Positions 1 to 10,097 are shown, numbered from the stretch's first letter. The stretch is DNA of 64,000 nucleotides from Candidatus Thorarchaeota archaeon (GCA_016840855.1 JAEORO010000060.1:1-64000); one strand, 5' to 3'. Made by a program: numbers and translations. Notes: generated by a model not told the origin, from the sequence alone.

Positions 1-172
1 CAGGAATCGCAATTCCTAGAATGACCAGAATATCAGTGAAAAGTGATCCTTCAATAAAGGGGAAGAATTCGAAAGATGGAACTATTGTTGTCACTCGATA
101 TATGATATACAATGAAGCTGCAATCCCTCCAGCTGAAAAAAGGAATGGAAAAATGAATCTGGCTTTACCCAT
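1..172 (-). CDS. Membrane protein, N-terminal part (runs off window start)
   Basis: Read manually: ATG at 172 gives MGKARFIFPFLFSAGGIAASLYIIYRVTT...DILVILGIAIP, open to position 1, hydrophobic; AAGGAG upstream. Confidence 0.6.
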   Translation of the reverse strand, partial: MGKARFIFPFLFSAGGIAASLYIIYRVTTIVPSFEFFPFIEGSLFTDILVILGIAIP

Positions 173-282
173 TTTTGATACAGACTCCTTGTCTTTTGTC
201 CTATACTGGTATAGTTTGATAGTATATAGGCAATTTTGCGACGGCGATGTTTAAATCATGCTCTTTATGGTGATGCGGAACG

Positions 283-1032
283 ATGACGCTTGTAGTTGGT
301 GTGAATTCGAGTCGAACTGTAGCTCTGGTGGCGATTTTCGCGGCCTTGACTGCAGTTTTAGATGTACTCCCTGCATTTGGTTTCACATCGGGCGTCTGGG
401 ACAGTTGGGCATTTCTATTGAGTCCTATTGTGGGAATACTCTTAGGTCCATATCTCGGAGCTTATTCTGTTGGAATTGGTAGTCTAATAGGACACAGTAT
501 TTACTACCGTGAGCCAACTGAGCTTTTATTCATGATCGGATTGTCAATGGGAGCGGCTGTGGCAGGATTTGTGTATCAACGTAGGTGGAAGCCAGTCCTT
601 GGAATCTATTCAGCTATGTTGCTTGGGTATTTCATATATCCTGTTACGTGGGCTCTTCCACTCTGGGGAATCTGGGACGTCCTCGTTGGGTATGGTATTG
701 TGTTGCTCTATTCTGTTGCTACGATACGGAACACATGGGCAAACCCAAGCGAGCGGCACAATTTGCTTTTGCTCATCTTCTGTACTGTGATCGCTCTTGA
801 AACTGATATTCTATTTCGAGTCTTTGTGCTCGTGCCCGGTCAGGTTCACTGGTTATTTGGATGGACTCCTGATATTCTCTATGACATTTGGTTGGTAGCC
901 GGATTTATCACACCAATCAAGGTAATTCTAGCAGTAATAGTTATGGTGACATTAGGGCGGCAACTACTTAGAGTACTTGAGCAACAAGGCGATTCGATTG
1001 CCTTAGGTGATGCTGATTCACTACCAGACTAG
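283..1032 (+). CDS. ECF transporter S-component-like membrane protein
   Basis: 249 aa, multi-TM; N-terminal VALVAIFAAL and GILLGPYLGA motifs typical of S components. Confidence 0.6.
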   Translation: MTLVVGVNSSRTVALVAIFAALTAVLDVLPAFGFTSGVWDSWAFLLSPIVGILLGPYLGAYSVGIGSLIGHSIYYREPTELLFMIGLSMGAAVAGFVYQRRWKPVLGIYSAMLLGYFIYPVTWALPLWGIWDVLVGYGIVLLYSVATIRNTWANPSERHNLLLLIFCTVIALETDILFRVFVLVPGQVHWLFGWTPDILYDIWLVAGFITPIKVILAVIVMVTLGRQLLRVLEQQGDSIALGDADSLPD

Positions 1033-1307
1033 ACTGCAGCAGCGCTAGTATCTGAAGTGATTTCACTACTTCGCATAGGAAACCAGCCAGCCCAAGCGAG
1101 TATGAGGAAAATAACTAGCGCAATAATAGCCCAAGACCCGTAAGTCACAAGCTCATAGAGAGGATAGTTAGTTGATATTCCTATTAGAGGAAAAACATAG
1201 AGATCAATAAGAATCCAAGAGACAAACAGAGAAAATGCCCCTATTGTTCCAATGGTACGTCTATGCTTGTTACTTATCAGGTTCATCATTCTCACTAGCT
1301 GTGGCAT
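1029..1307 (-). CDS. Small two-TM hypothetical membrane protein
   Basis: 92 aa ORF with two hydrophobic helices; start uncertain. Confidence 0.5.
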   Translation of the reverse strand: MPQLVRMMNLISNKHRRTIGTIGAFSLFVSWILIDLYVFPLIGISTNYPLYELVTYGSWAIIALVIFLILAWAGWFPMRSSEITSDTSAAAV

Positions 1308-1418
1308 TAAGTGGGCTGGTTTTCTATGTTGTTCTATGGTCTATTTAGATAGTTAGACCGTAAATGAGATATCAAGATGTGACTACGCATAATTGATTCG
1401 TTAAAGGAGGATGAAGAT

Positions 1419-1694
1419 ATGCCAATACGTTTCATTTCAAGAATATCGGATTATGACAAGAAGCATTTTGGATTCTACGTCCCGAAGCATGTAACAAATT
1501 TCTATTCGCTTAAACCTGGACGTTACAAAGGTGGTGTCAGCCTTGAGTTTGGGGATGTCACAAGCTGTCCAATAAACCTAACAAAATTCAAGCATACTCT
1601 TAGGGGTAGACTGCCTCCAAATATAGGAAAGAAAGGGGCAATATCTGAAATTTGGATATACCGTGATACATGGATTGCTCCTAAAGAAAAATAG
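1419..1694 (+). CDS. Small basic hypothetical protein, possibly AbrB/swapped-hairpin-like
   Basis: Strong SD AAAGGAGG before ATG; 91 aa. Confidence 0.65.
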   Translation: MPIRFISRISDYDKKHFGFYVPKHVTNFYSLKPGRYKGGVSLEFGDVTSCPINLTKFKHTLRGRLPPNIGKKGAISEIWIYRDTWIAPKEK

Positions 1695-1788
1695 GACAAT
1701 AGTTTAATTTCTGGCCATGAAAACACTGGGAGGGAAGAATTCAGTGCTACAATTCGTGTCTGGACCCGTATAGTCATTCAGGCAGTTA

Positions 1789-2118
1789 GTGGGAATTGTA
1801 ATCGCTCTTCCATTTGTATGCTATTTCTTATCGAAAGCAAAAGTTTTGGTTCCACCTGAGAAATCTGAGGCGGACATGAGTCCACTCGGAGTTCTGGGGA
1901 TAGTGATGGCGGCAGTTCTTATACCTCCGTTATTGGGTGAAACAATCGCAGTTATTGCAGGCATCATTATGTACCCGGAGTTTTTAATTCAAACACTGTT
2001 TAGAGGGCTCAGATTTTACATGATCGCTTTTGGCTCAGTATCTATTTGCTACCTTGCAATTGTTCTACACAATAGGAAAAAAAGAAAGGCTCGAGAGGTC
2101 TCTGAGGACCTCTCTTAA
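1789..2118 (+). CDS. Hypothetical membrane protein
   Basis: 109 aa, hydrophobic segments, basic C-tail; GTG start uncertain. Confidence 0.5.
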   Translation: MGIVIALPFVCYFLSKAKVLVPPEKSEADMSPLGVLGIVMAAVLIPPLLGETIAVIAGIIMYPEFLIQTLFRGLRFYMIAFGSVSICYLAIVLHNRKKRKAREVSEDLS

Positions 2119-2128
2119 GCTATTCTAA

Positions 2129-4129
2129 TTATTTGATTCGTTCTCTGACCAGAGTTTCAACGACTGTTGGGTCAGCCAATGTTGTGGTGTCTCCAAGGTC
2201 GTCAATCTGACCAGCTGCAATCTTCTTGAGAATTCTCCTCATGATCTTGCCTGAGCGGGTCTTCGGTAGTGCATCAGCCCACTGGATTTTTCCAGGAGTA
2301 GCGATTGGACCTACGTCATTTCGCACATGGTTCTTGAGTTCAGCCTTCAGTTCATCGCTCTTCTCAATACCCATCTTCAAAGTGACAAAGACATAGATGT
2401 CCTCACCTTTTACTGGATGCGGAAACCCTACAACTGCACACTCAGCCACTGCAGGATGCTTGACTAGTGAGGACTCAATCTCAGCGGTACCCAGCCTGTG
2501 ACCAGACACCTTAAGGACATCATCAAGACGACCCATCACGAAATAGTAGCCGTCTTTGTTGAACCGGGACCCATCACCAGTATAATACATGGGATCCTTG
2601 GTTTCGGGGTTCTTGAACTGGACCCAGTATGTATCGACAAATCGCTTGTGGTCACCATAGACTGTCCTCATGAGACCCGGCCATGGTTTCTTCATACAGA
2701 GATAACCACCCTCGTTGGGACCTACGGGAACGCCATCTTCCGCGACTATCACTGGATCAACACCAAAGTATGGAAAAGTAGCAGAACCTGGAATAGTTGG
2801 AGTTGCACCGGGCAGTGGTGTAAGAATAACACCGCCTGTTTCAGTCTGCCAGTATGTGTCAACAATTGGACATTTCTCCTTTCCAATCAGTCTGTAGTAC
2901 CACATCCAAGCCTCGGGGTTGATTGGCTCACCAACTGTACCTAGTAGGTTCAGGGATGAGAGATCGTGTTTCTTAACAGGTTCGTCACCAAATCTCATCA
3001 AAGCACGGATGGCAGTTGGAGCGGTGTAGAACTGAGTCACTTTCCACCTCTCGACTTCAAGCCAAAAGCGATCGTTATCTGGATAGGTTGGGACAGACTC
3101 GAACATCAGGGTTGTAGCACCAGCTGATAGAGGACCGTATACAATGTAGGAGTGACCAGTGATCCAACCAATATCAGCAGTACACCAATATACATCACCC
3201 TCATGCCAATCAAAAATGTACTTGAAGCTTTGAGTTGTGTACACCATGTATCCACCAGTTGTGTGAAGAACTCCTTTTGGTTTACCAGTTGATCCCGAAG
3301 TGTACAGGATGAACAACGGGTCCTCTGCATTCATCCATTCAGGGTCGCATTTATCATCGACCTTTGCATACTCCTCATGATACCAGAAGTCTCGACCCTC
3401 AGTCCATGGAACATCAATTCCAACTCTCTTGATAACAAGAACCTTCTCGACTATGTCCAAGTCTGCAACTGCTGTGTCTGCACCTTCTTTCTGGGGAATT
3501 GTCTTGCCAGCTCTGTAGTACCCATCAGCTGTGACAAGCACCTTACCCTCGCAGTCTATGATTCGGTCTTTCACCGAGTCGGAGCTGAAACCACCAAACA
3601 CAATGCTGTGTATAGCACCAATCCTAACACATGCAAGCATAATGATTGCAAGCTCAGGAATCATGGGAAGATACATTGTAATCCTATCGCCCTTCTTCAC
3701 ACCGAGGTTCTTCAAGACATTCGCTGCTTTATTGACCTCACTTAGTAGCTCACTGTAGGTGTAAGTCCTTGACTCTTCTAAGGGTTCACCCTGCCAGATT
3801 AGGGCAGTCTGATCCCCCTTCCCTGCCTCGACATGCTTGTCAAGACAGTTGTAAGCCATGTTGGTTACACCATCTTTGAACCAAGAAAACCGAATGTTCT
3901 TAATATCATCCCACTCAAAACCCTTGGTTGGTTCTTTCTTCCAATAACAAAGTTCCTTGGCTGCTTTGAGCCAGAATTTATCAGGATTTTCGACGGACTC
4001 TTTCCAAATCTTCGTTCGCTCATCTTGGCTTTTTATATAGGCCTTGTCAATGAAGCTCTTTGGAGGAGCAAAAAGCCTTTCTTCCTGGCTATATACTGAT
4101 ATCTTTCTTTCTTCTGACAAGTATGTCAC
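2129..4129 (-). CDS. acs: AMP-forming acetyl-CoA synthetase
   Basis: YTSGSTGKPKG, WCTADIGWITGHSY, DTYWQTETGG and PKTRSGKIMRR motifs. Confidence 0.96.
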   Translation of the reverse strand: MTYLSEERKISVYSQEERLFAPPKSFIDKAYIKSQDERTKIWKESVENPDKFWLKAAKELCYWKKEPTKGFEWDDIKNIRFSWFKDGVTNMAYNCLDKHVEAGKGDQTALIWQGEPLEESRTYTYSELLSEVNKAANVLKNLGVKKGDRITMYLPMIPELAIIMLACVRIGAIHSIVFGGFSSDSVKDRIIDCEGKVLVTADGYYRAGKTIPQKEGADTAVADLDIVEKVLVIKRVGIDVPWTEGRDFWYHEEYAKVDDKCDPEWMNAEDPLFILYTSGSTGKPKGVLHTTGGYMVYTTQSFKYIFDWHEGDVYWCTADIGWITGHSYIVYGPLSAGATTLMFESVPTYPDNDRFWLEVERWKVTQFYTAPTAIRALMRFGDEPVKKHDLSSLNLLGTVGEPINPEAWMWYYRLIGKEKCPIVDTYWQTETGGVILTPLPGATPTIPGSATFPYFGVDPVIVAEDGVPVGPNEGGYLCMKKPWPGLMRTVYGDHKRFVDTYWVQFKNPETKDPMYYTGDGSRFNKDGYYFVMGRLDDVLKVSGHRLGTAEIESSLVKHPAVAECAVVGFPHPVKGEDIYVFVTLKMGIEKSDELKAELKNHVRNDVGPIATPGKIQWADALPKTRSGKIMRRILKKIAAGQIDDLGDTTTLADPTVVETLVRERIK

Positions 4130-4304
4130 CTAGTACTGTCAATTTTATGACCGACGAGCAAAATATTGACTATATGAAGCTTGTCAAATATCACGTCATT
4201 TTATGAAGAAATTACACATTATCGATATTGCATGTTTTAATTAAAGTCCAAAGAAAAAAGGAAGAAAGAGGTCAAGGAACATTCCTCAACCTCAGTTACG
4301 ATTT

Positions 4305-5579
4305 TTATTCTCCACGTTTGGCTTTTAACCCGAGCGTGAGTAGAACTGCAATAATAGCAAGAACTCCTGTGATTAGAAATGCAAGAGAATAGCCAGCAAT
4401 AGTACCAAAAGTTCCTGCTACTAGAGCACCCAAGATTCCAGCAATGCCATATGCAGTGAAAACAACTCCATAGTTCTTACCAACATTTTCAGAACCGAAG
4501 TAGTCAGCAGTTGCAGATGGAAACAAGGCAAAATTGCCCCCAAAACAGAATCCGATAACTGATGCAATCACTGTTACCACGATCCATGATGTACCTGTGG
4601 GAACAAATGCAAAGGCAAACATTGCAACGGCAAGGATAAGGAACATCGAAACAAAAGTGGATATTCGACCAATCTTGTCTGATACTCTACCCCAGACAAT
4701 TCTTCCTGCAGCATTGAAAATCGACATTATACCTGCAATGAGAGCGCCTAATTGTAGAGTTTCAACTAGTGTATCTATTTCGCCAGCTGCTGATACAACA
4801 TTTCCAAGTGTCATGAGACCAGCAGTTGCAGCGAAGACAAACATCAACCATAGCAGCCAAAAACTACTTGTACGAATCATCGCGCCGGGCATCATACCAG
4901 TCCCTGCGCCATCTGCTGTTGTAGTTGGAGGTGTGTAGCCTTCAGGCAACCATCCACTTGGTGGATTCACTAGCATCTGGGAACCAATTACTACAAAAAT
5001 GAAGTAAACCACACCAAGAATAATGAGTGGAATTCCAATAATGCCTCCATAGAACCCAATTAAGAATTGTTCAACATAATTGAAAATAAGAGCCCCACCG
5101 CCAAAGCCAGCAACGGCAACACCTGTCATCAGACCTCTTTTGTCGGGGAACCATTTCACAAGAGCAGCAATTGGACATACATAAGCAAAGCCTATACCAG
5201 CCCCACCGATGATACCATATGTGATTACCAAGTAAATAGTCCCTTCAATCATACCAGAGCCAAATCCTAGAATGTCGACCAGTCCGGAAAGTGCTACACC
5301 AAGACCTAGTAAGATACCACCAAATGTGGAAACTTTGCGTGGACCTACGCGGTCTTGCCAACGGCCTGCAAATATCATGAAAAGTGCAAATGAAGCCAGA
5401 CCTGCTGCAAAGGGCAGGTTTGACCATAATTTGTCCCATTCGTAGAGTCCTCCAGCAGCAATAGTCGTATACAATGCTTTTTGAAAGATACTCCAAGCAT
5501 AGATAGAACCGAGACAGAGTTGGACAATGATTGCTCCAAGAACAACCATGTTCCGGTTTCCAATTTTCTCTTCAGACAT
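4305..5579 (-). CDS. MFS transporter, oxalate/formate antiporter (OFA/MCT) family
   Basis: GSIYAWSIF, KWFPDKRGL, GRIVWGRVSDKIGR, ADYFG motifs; ~12 TM; start taken at MSEEK. Confidence 0.88.
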   Translation of the reverse strand: MSEEKIGNRNMVVLGAIIVQLCLGSIYAWSIFQKALYTTIAAGGLYEWDKLWSNLPFAAGLASFALFMIFAGRWQDRVGPRKVSTFGGILLGLGVALSGLVDILGFGSGMIEGTIYLVITYGIIGGAGIGFAYVCPIAALVKWFPDKRGLMTGVAVAGFGGGALIFNYVEQFLIGFYGGIIGIPLIILGVVYFIFVVIGSQMLVNPPSGWLPEGYTPPTTTADGAGTGMMPGAMIRTSSFWLLWLMFVFAATAGLMTLGNVVSAAGEIDTLVETLQLGALIAGIMSIFNAAGRIVWGRVSDKIGRISTFVSMFLILAVAMFAFAFVPTGTSWIVVTVIASVIGFCFGGNFALFPSATADYFGSENVGKNYGVVFTAYGIAGILGALVAGTFGTIAGYSLAFLITGVLAIIAVLLTLGLKAKRGE

Positions 5580-5732
5580 GAAGTTTTCACCCATCAAATT
5601 GTTAGGTATTGAGCGGCTGGCGGAGAACACGGTACTAAAAGCCTTCCGTCTTGTCAAAACTAGAAATAAGTCACTTGCAAATGCCTATATGTGAGTAGTA
5701 AACGGAGGAACTACCGATAGGGGTGTTTTGCA

Positions 5733-7619
5733 ATGAGTAAGATAGACTGGACCCAGAAATACAAGAAAAAGGTAGTTAATGCTTCGCAGGCTATTAAAAA
5801 AATAAAACGTGGAGCAAGAATCTTTTTGGGAACAGGCTGCGGTGTACCATACCACCTCGTTCAAGAATTAGCGAAACACGCTGGGCAGATGGCGGATAAT
5901 GAGATTGTCCACCTTCTAACCCTTGGCGACACCCCATCTGCAGACCCTAAGTTCCAGAATCAGTTTAGGCATAACACATTCTTTGTGAGTGCAAACATTC
6001 GTGAAGCAGTTTCTGAGGGTCGTGCAGATTACACTCCAATAATGCTTTCCGATATTCCAGATCTTTTCCGGCAGAAGAGGATGCCTCTTGATGTCGCATT
6101 GATTCAGATTAGTCCTCCAGATAGAAATGGCTATAGCTCGCTTGGTATTTCTGTTGATATCACAAAGTCTGCATCTGAAAGTGCTGATCTTGTCATTGCG
6201 CAAGTTAATGAAAAAATGCCAATCACTCATGGGGATTCGTTCATCGATGTTCGAGATATTGATTATTTGGTCCCATATAATGAGCCACTAAGGGAATTTG
6301 AGGCTGCGGAGATTGATGATACGATTGATAAAATAGGTCGATACGTGGCCAGACTTGTTGAAAATGAATCAACACTTGAGTTAGGAATCGGAGCACTACC
6401 ACAATCAGTCTGCAATAACCTTCTGGATACAGGAGTTCAAAACCTTGGAATTCATACCGAGATGTTTAGCGACAGTTTGATTCCGCTTATTGAGCAAGGA
6501 GTTGTGACAAACAAGAAAAAGAACCTCCATCGTGGTAAGGTGATTGCTAGCTTTGCCATGGGTTCTGAAAAACTGTACAATTATATTGATGACAATCCAA
6601 TGTTCCAGTTTCACGATACTGCATACGTGAATGACCCCTATGTGATTGGCCAAAATAACAAGATGATTGCAATAAATTCAGCACTCGAAGTGGACCTTAC
6701 TGGTCAAGTATGTGCAGACTCCATAGGCCACAGTTTCTACAGTGGTATAGGAGGTCAAGTTGACTTTATTCGTGGTGCAAAGAGGTCCAATGGAGGCAAG
6801 GCAATAATATGCATGCTCTCTACTGCAATGGATGGTAAAGTTTCACGAATTGTTCCTCGACTAAGTGAAGGTGCAGGAGTTGTGACGACCCGTGGAGATG
6901 TTGACGTAGTAATCACTGAATACGGTCTTGCGATACTCCATGGAAAGACGATTAGAGAACGCGTTCTCTCCCTCATCGCGATTGCCCATCCTAAATTCAG
7001 AAATGAGTTACTAGAAACTGCAAAGAAGATGCACTACGTCTTCGAGGACCAAGTTCCATTCCTTGTTCAAGGCACATATTTTGCTTCAGAGTATGAGATA
7101 CAGGAAACTTTCAAGACTGCTGATGGACCAATTGAGGTCGAATTCAGGCTGATTAGACCAGATGACACGGATAGAATCAAGGAACTCTTCTATGATTTGA
7201 GCGAAGAGAGCATCTACTTCCGGTTTCTCACTCCATTGAAGTCATTACGTCGACAAACACTGCAAGATTTCTATAACGTCGATCAATCAAGTGACATCAG
7301 TGTGGTGGCGGTTGTGAGAGGTGGCGAAGATGGAGAAACTGAGAGGATTATAGGTGCTGGGAGATATCTTCTAAATAGAAGCACAAATGAAGCGGAGTTT
7401 GCTCTGCTTATACAAGATGAGTATCAGGACAAAGGAATTGGCACATTCCTCCTCAACCATCTCATGAGGATTGCAAAGAGTAAGGGAGTTGGAGCCTTTA
7501 TTGCCTATGTTCATCCTCAAAACCAACCAATGATCCGGTTCATTCACAAAACTGGAAAGGTGGTTGAGAGCAAACTCTCAATTCAAGATGAGGAGTATAT
7601 CTTTCGACTCAAGTTATGA
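5733..7619 (+). CDS. Acetyl-CoA hydrolase/CoA-transferase fused to a C-terminal GNAT acetyltransferase
   Basis: LGIG, GIHTEM, SGIGGQVDF, VITEYG (4-hydroxybutyrate CoA-transferase-like); C-terminal SIYFRF, AEFALLIQDEYQDKGIGT (Pat-like GNAT). Confidence 0.9.
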   Translation: MSKIDWTQKYKKKVVNASQAIKKIKRGARIFLGTGCGVPYHLVQELAKHAGQMADNEIVHLLTLGDTPSADPKFQNQFRHNTFFVSANIREAVSEGRADYTPIMLSDIPDLFRQKRMPLDVALIQISPPDRNGYSSLGISVDITKSASESADLVIAQVNEKMPITHGDSFIDVRDIDYLVPYNEPLREFEAAEIDDTIDKIGRYVARLVENESTLELGIGALPQSVCNNLLDTGVQNLGIHTEMFSDSLIPLIEQGVVTNKKKNLHRGKVIASFAMGSEKLYNYIDDNPMFQFHDTAYVNDPYVIGQNNKMIAINSALEVDLTGQVCADSIGHSFYSGIGGQVDFIRGAKRSNGGKAIICMLSTAMDGKVSRIVPRLSEGAGVVTTRGDVDVVITEYGLAILHGKTIRERVLSLIAIAHPKFRNELLETAKKMHYVFEDQVPFLVQGTYFASEYEIQETFKTADGPIEVEFRLIRPDDTDRIKELFYDLSEESIYFRFLTPLKSLRRQTLQDFYNVDQSSDISVVAVVRGGEDGETERIIGAGRYLLNRSTNEAEFALLIQDEYQDKGIGTFLLNHLMRIAKSKGVGAFIAYVHPQNQPMIRFIHKTGKVVESKLSIQDEEYIFRLKL

Positions 7620-7666
7620 GAATTTAATTCCAGAGTAATTCTCATTGGCAAGTCCGTGATTGATAG

Positions 7667-8488
7667 CTAAATGTAAGTATGACGAATCTGAGCTGGACGC
7701 CCATTCACGTGGATAGTTTCAAGGAATGTTGATAATGAATCATTTGGAAATTCATACCCTTGATTAACAATCTGCTGTTTTAGGCTTTTGAATATCTCAA
7801 GAACAGTTTCGAATTTTGGTGCATCCAGAGCTTCACAGAAAAGCTTGTAGGTTTCATTAGACATGCCCATATTTTTCACATGCGGCGTCCACCATTTCAG
7901 TGGTGGTGTCCACGATTTCTGCATCGTGAACCATAGATTGACTGCTGCAACGACTGCACGAAAAGCATTCAGTTTTGAGTCATATACATATCCTCGTCGC
8001 TGGTTGATGTCAGTATAGCCTAAAGCACCAAGTAGTGTGCAGTATTTGTTCTTGAGACGGTCAAGATGCTCCTCCTCTGGATATCTTGCAAGTTTTTGTC
8101 GCCACTCCTCTAGTTTGCCCGATGGATCATGAATCACAACTCCCTCAACATATGGAAAGTGGTCCATGTCCAAGGGAGATTCCATCTGTTGTCTGAACCA
8201 AGCATTGGAGATTGGAGAGAAGTCAATCACAAGTTTTCTGGGTTCAACTGACTCGTCAAACTCTAGCCAGATTGTATCCTTGAGTTCAAGGCTATCATAA
8301 TATTCTTCAGTGACGTAGATCAGTGCGTCCCAGTCGGTGGTGGGGGTTCCAAAACCTGTAGCTCTACTCCCCCAAATCATCACTCCTAGTACATGTGGTT
8401 CTTTTACTAATCCCTCAAGACGGTCTCGGACCATCTTGTCATCTATCTCCGCAATGGTCTTCACAATTGGAATCCGAGTTTCGTTCAT
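7667..8488 (-). CDS. Pol-beta-type nucleotidyltransferase domain protein
   Basis: WGSRATG...DWD signature followed by a helical C-terminal domain. Confidence 0.75.
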   Translation of the reverse strand: MNETRIPIVKTIAEIDDKMVRDRLEGLVKEPHVLGVMIWGSRATGFGTPTTDWDALIYVTEEYYDSLELKDTIWLEFDESVEPRKLVIDFSPISNAWFRQQMESPLDMDHFPYVEGVVIHDPSGKLEEWRQKLARYPEEEHLDRLKNKYCTLLGALGYTDINQRRGYVYDSKLNAFRAVVAAVNLWFTMQKSWTPPLKWWTPHVKNMGMSNETYKLFCEALDAPKFETVLEIFKSLKQQIVNQGYEFPNDSLSTFLETIHVNGRPAQIRHTYI

Positions 8489-8604
8489 TTACTATCGCCT
8501 TAATCGGTTATTGTAAGTAATGAACATTAAAGCATGATTGTTTGCGCGGGAAAACAGTAGATTGATACAAGAACATAGTTGCTAGAGCGATTATAAAAAG
8601 TGAA

Positions 8605-8669
8605 GGCGCCACACCGCCGGGAAGCGGAAACGACAGACACTAAAAGTCGTGATTAGGGACCGTGGCGCT
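8605..8669. ncRNA. Candidate three-way-junction structured RNA element
   Basis: GGCGCCAC/GTGGCGCT closing stem with internal hairpins CCGC/GCGG and ACGAC/GTCGT; GC-rich island in a divergent intergenic region. Confidence 0.4.
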
Positions 8670-8750
8670 CAACATATAGGAGTTCTACTCAGGTCTAATA
8701 AAGACCTAGAATTTTGACGAGATTAAATTGAGCCTATCTGACAAATTACT

Positions 8751-8951
8751 ATGACAGACACAGTATTAATCTCATTCGTGAAACAATTTTCAAGAGAGCA
8801 GCTTCAAGCCATAGATTCAGCCTTATGCATCCTCGATCCAGATGAATATCGCGATTATCACGACCAGTTCGGTATATGCAATGCTCCAGACTGTATTGAA
8901 ACATTAAGAAAAGAGATTCGTGCTGCTCTTGAGAGGAGCACTAAGACTTAG
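8751..8951 (+). CDS. Small hypothetical protein
   Basis: 66 aa ATG ORF filling the intergenic gap. Confidence 0.55.
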   Translation: MTDTVLISFVKQFSREQLQAIDSALCILDPDEYRDYHDQFGICNAPDCIETLRKEIRAALERSTKT

Positions 8952-8952
8952 T

Positions 8953-9216
8953 CTACGCTAGGAGGAATTCTGGCGGAAACAGAATGAAATACTCAATGAC
9001 AACGGAGAGTACAATACCACCTAGGATAAGCCCCTTCCCTCTCTTTGGATTGACATCTGTAAACCAGAGTATAGCACCAATGAGTACTATGATGACCCCT
9101 GATATTTGGCCAATGAAGATTAGAAAATCCCAAATCTCAGCGAAGTACGCACCTATCATCTGTACAAAGTTCTGAAGTGGAGACTGCAAAAGTATAGGAT
9201 TCATCCTCTCAACCAA
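8953..9216 (-). CDS. Small two-TM membrane protein
   Basis: Two TM helices joined by NPKRGKGLI. Confidence 0.65.
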   Translation of the reverse strand: MVERMNPILLQSPLQNFVQMIGAYFAEIWDFLIFIGQISGVIIVLIGAILWFTDVNPKRGKGLILGGIVLSVVIEYFILFPPEFLLA

Positions 9217-9267
9217 CGAGTGTGTGTTTGTATAGTGATTTAAGGTCCTAGCAGATTGAAAGAGAAA

Positions 9268-9711
9268 TTACAGGAACGATTTTGCTCCATAAAACCGACG
9301 CGCATCTAGAGTGAGTAATGCAATAGCTTCAGCTGCTGCAAAAAGGTCAATGACAAGGTATAGACCCATGAGATAGCTTGTGACGTAAATGAGAATCGAG
9401 AAGGTTAATGGGGTCAATAGGGTAATTATCGTACTCATTGCTATCCCATATCGCCAGCCATTCAAACTCCTCTTCCACACCCAGTTTACAGTAAGTATGT
9501 CTAATGCTCCTATAATAAAATAGATTGAAGGTGGTGATATTGCCATAAGGTCAAGTCCTGGTACACCCAGACGACTAGCAAATTTAACAAAGATAATCCA
9601 ATTGAAGACGATAAGGAGCATGCCTCTAGTAGTTTGGAGTAATGTACCTAATATAACACCATTTGATCTTGGTGGACGAGTTTTAAACTCCTTTTCAGAG
9701 AATTCCCTCAA
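9268..9711 (-). CDS. Hypothetical four-TM membrane protein
   Basis: 147 aa, hydrophobic. Confidence 0.6.
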   Translation of the reverse strand: MREFSEKEFKTRPPRSNGVILGTLLQTTRGMLLIVFNWIIFVKFASRLGVPGLDLMAISPPSIYFIIGALDILTVNWVWKRSLNGWRYGIAMSTIITLLTPLTFSILIYVTSYLMGLYLVIDLFAAAEAIALLTLDARRFYGAKSFL

Positions 9712-9784
9712 TCTCTTTTACCCTCTAATCAATCAGATGTACAGTTCTTCTGTTTTGTGGTTAGAGAATGAATTAGATGAGCAG

Positions 9785-9893
9785 TGGTGGGCCCGGGGAG
9801 ATTTGAACTCCCGACCCCCGCCTTGCAGAGTGAAAGAGCTGAAGCTCAAACACGTATCAGAGCGGTGCTATAACCAGTCTAAGCCACGGGCCC
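9785..9893 (-). tRNA. tRNA-Ile(GAU) with 31-nt intron at 37/38 (9824-9854)
   Basis: GGGCCCG acceptor, CCGCT-CT-GAT-A[intron]A-GGCGG, GGGAG-TTCAAAT-CTCCC, encoded CCA. Confidence 0.92.
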
Positions 9894-10013
9894 ATGAGCA
9901 AGAGTTGCTGGTGCGGTCTGGATAAAAAGATTATGACTGCGCAATCTTCGAATTGCTCAGCAATACATCAGGTGTCAGAAACTGTTTAGTGTCAGTTTTA
10001 TTGAACCACCTAC

Positions 10014-10097
10014 ATGAAAAAACTAATCGCAGCTGGCATTCTGATTGTCCTTGTTATTGTTGTTGGAATATTGTTTTTGTTAGGGAGTGTCAATTAG
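10014..10097 (+). CDS. 27-aa single-TM microprotein (not in ORF track)
   Basis: MKKLIAAGILIVLVIVVGILFLLGSVN*: basic N-terminus plus an uninterrupted hydrophobic helix. Confidence 0.45.
   Translation: MKKLIAAGILIVLVIVVGILFLLGSVN

Noticed and set aside
8605-8669. SECIS element or tRNA gene
   Set aside because: No AUGA/GA core, no adjacent gene with an in-frame TGA at a Cys-like position, and no T-loop or CCA.
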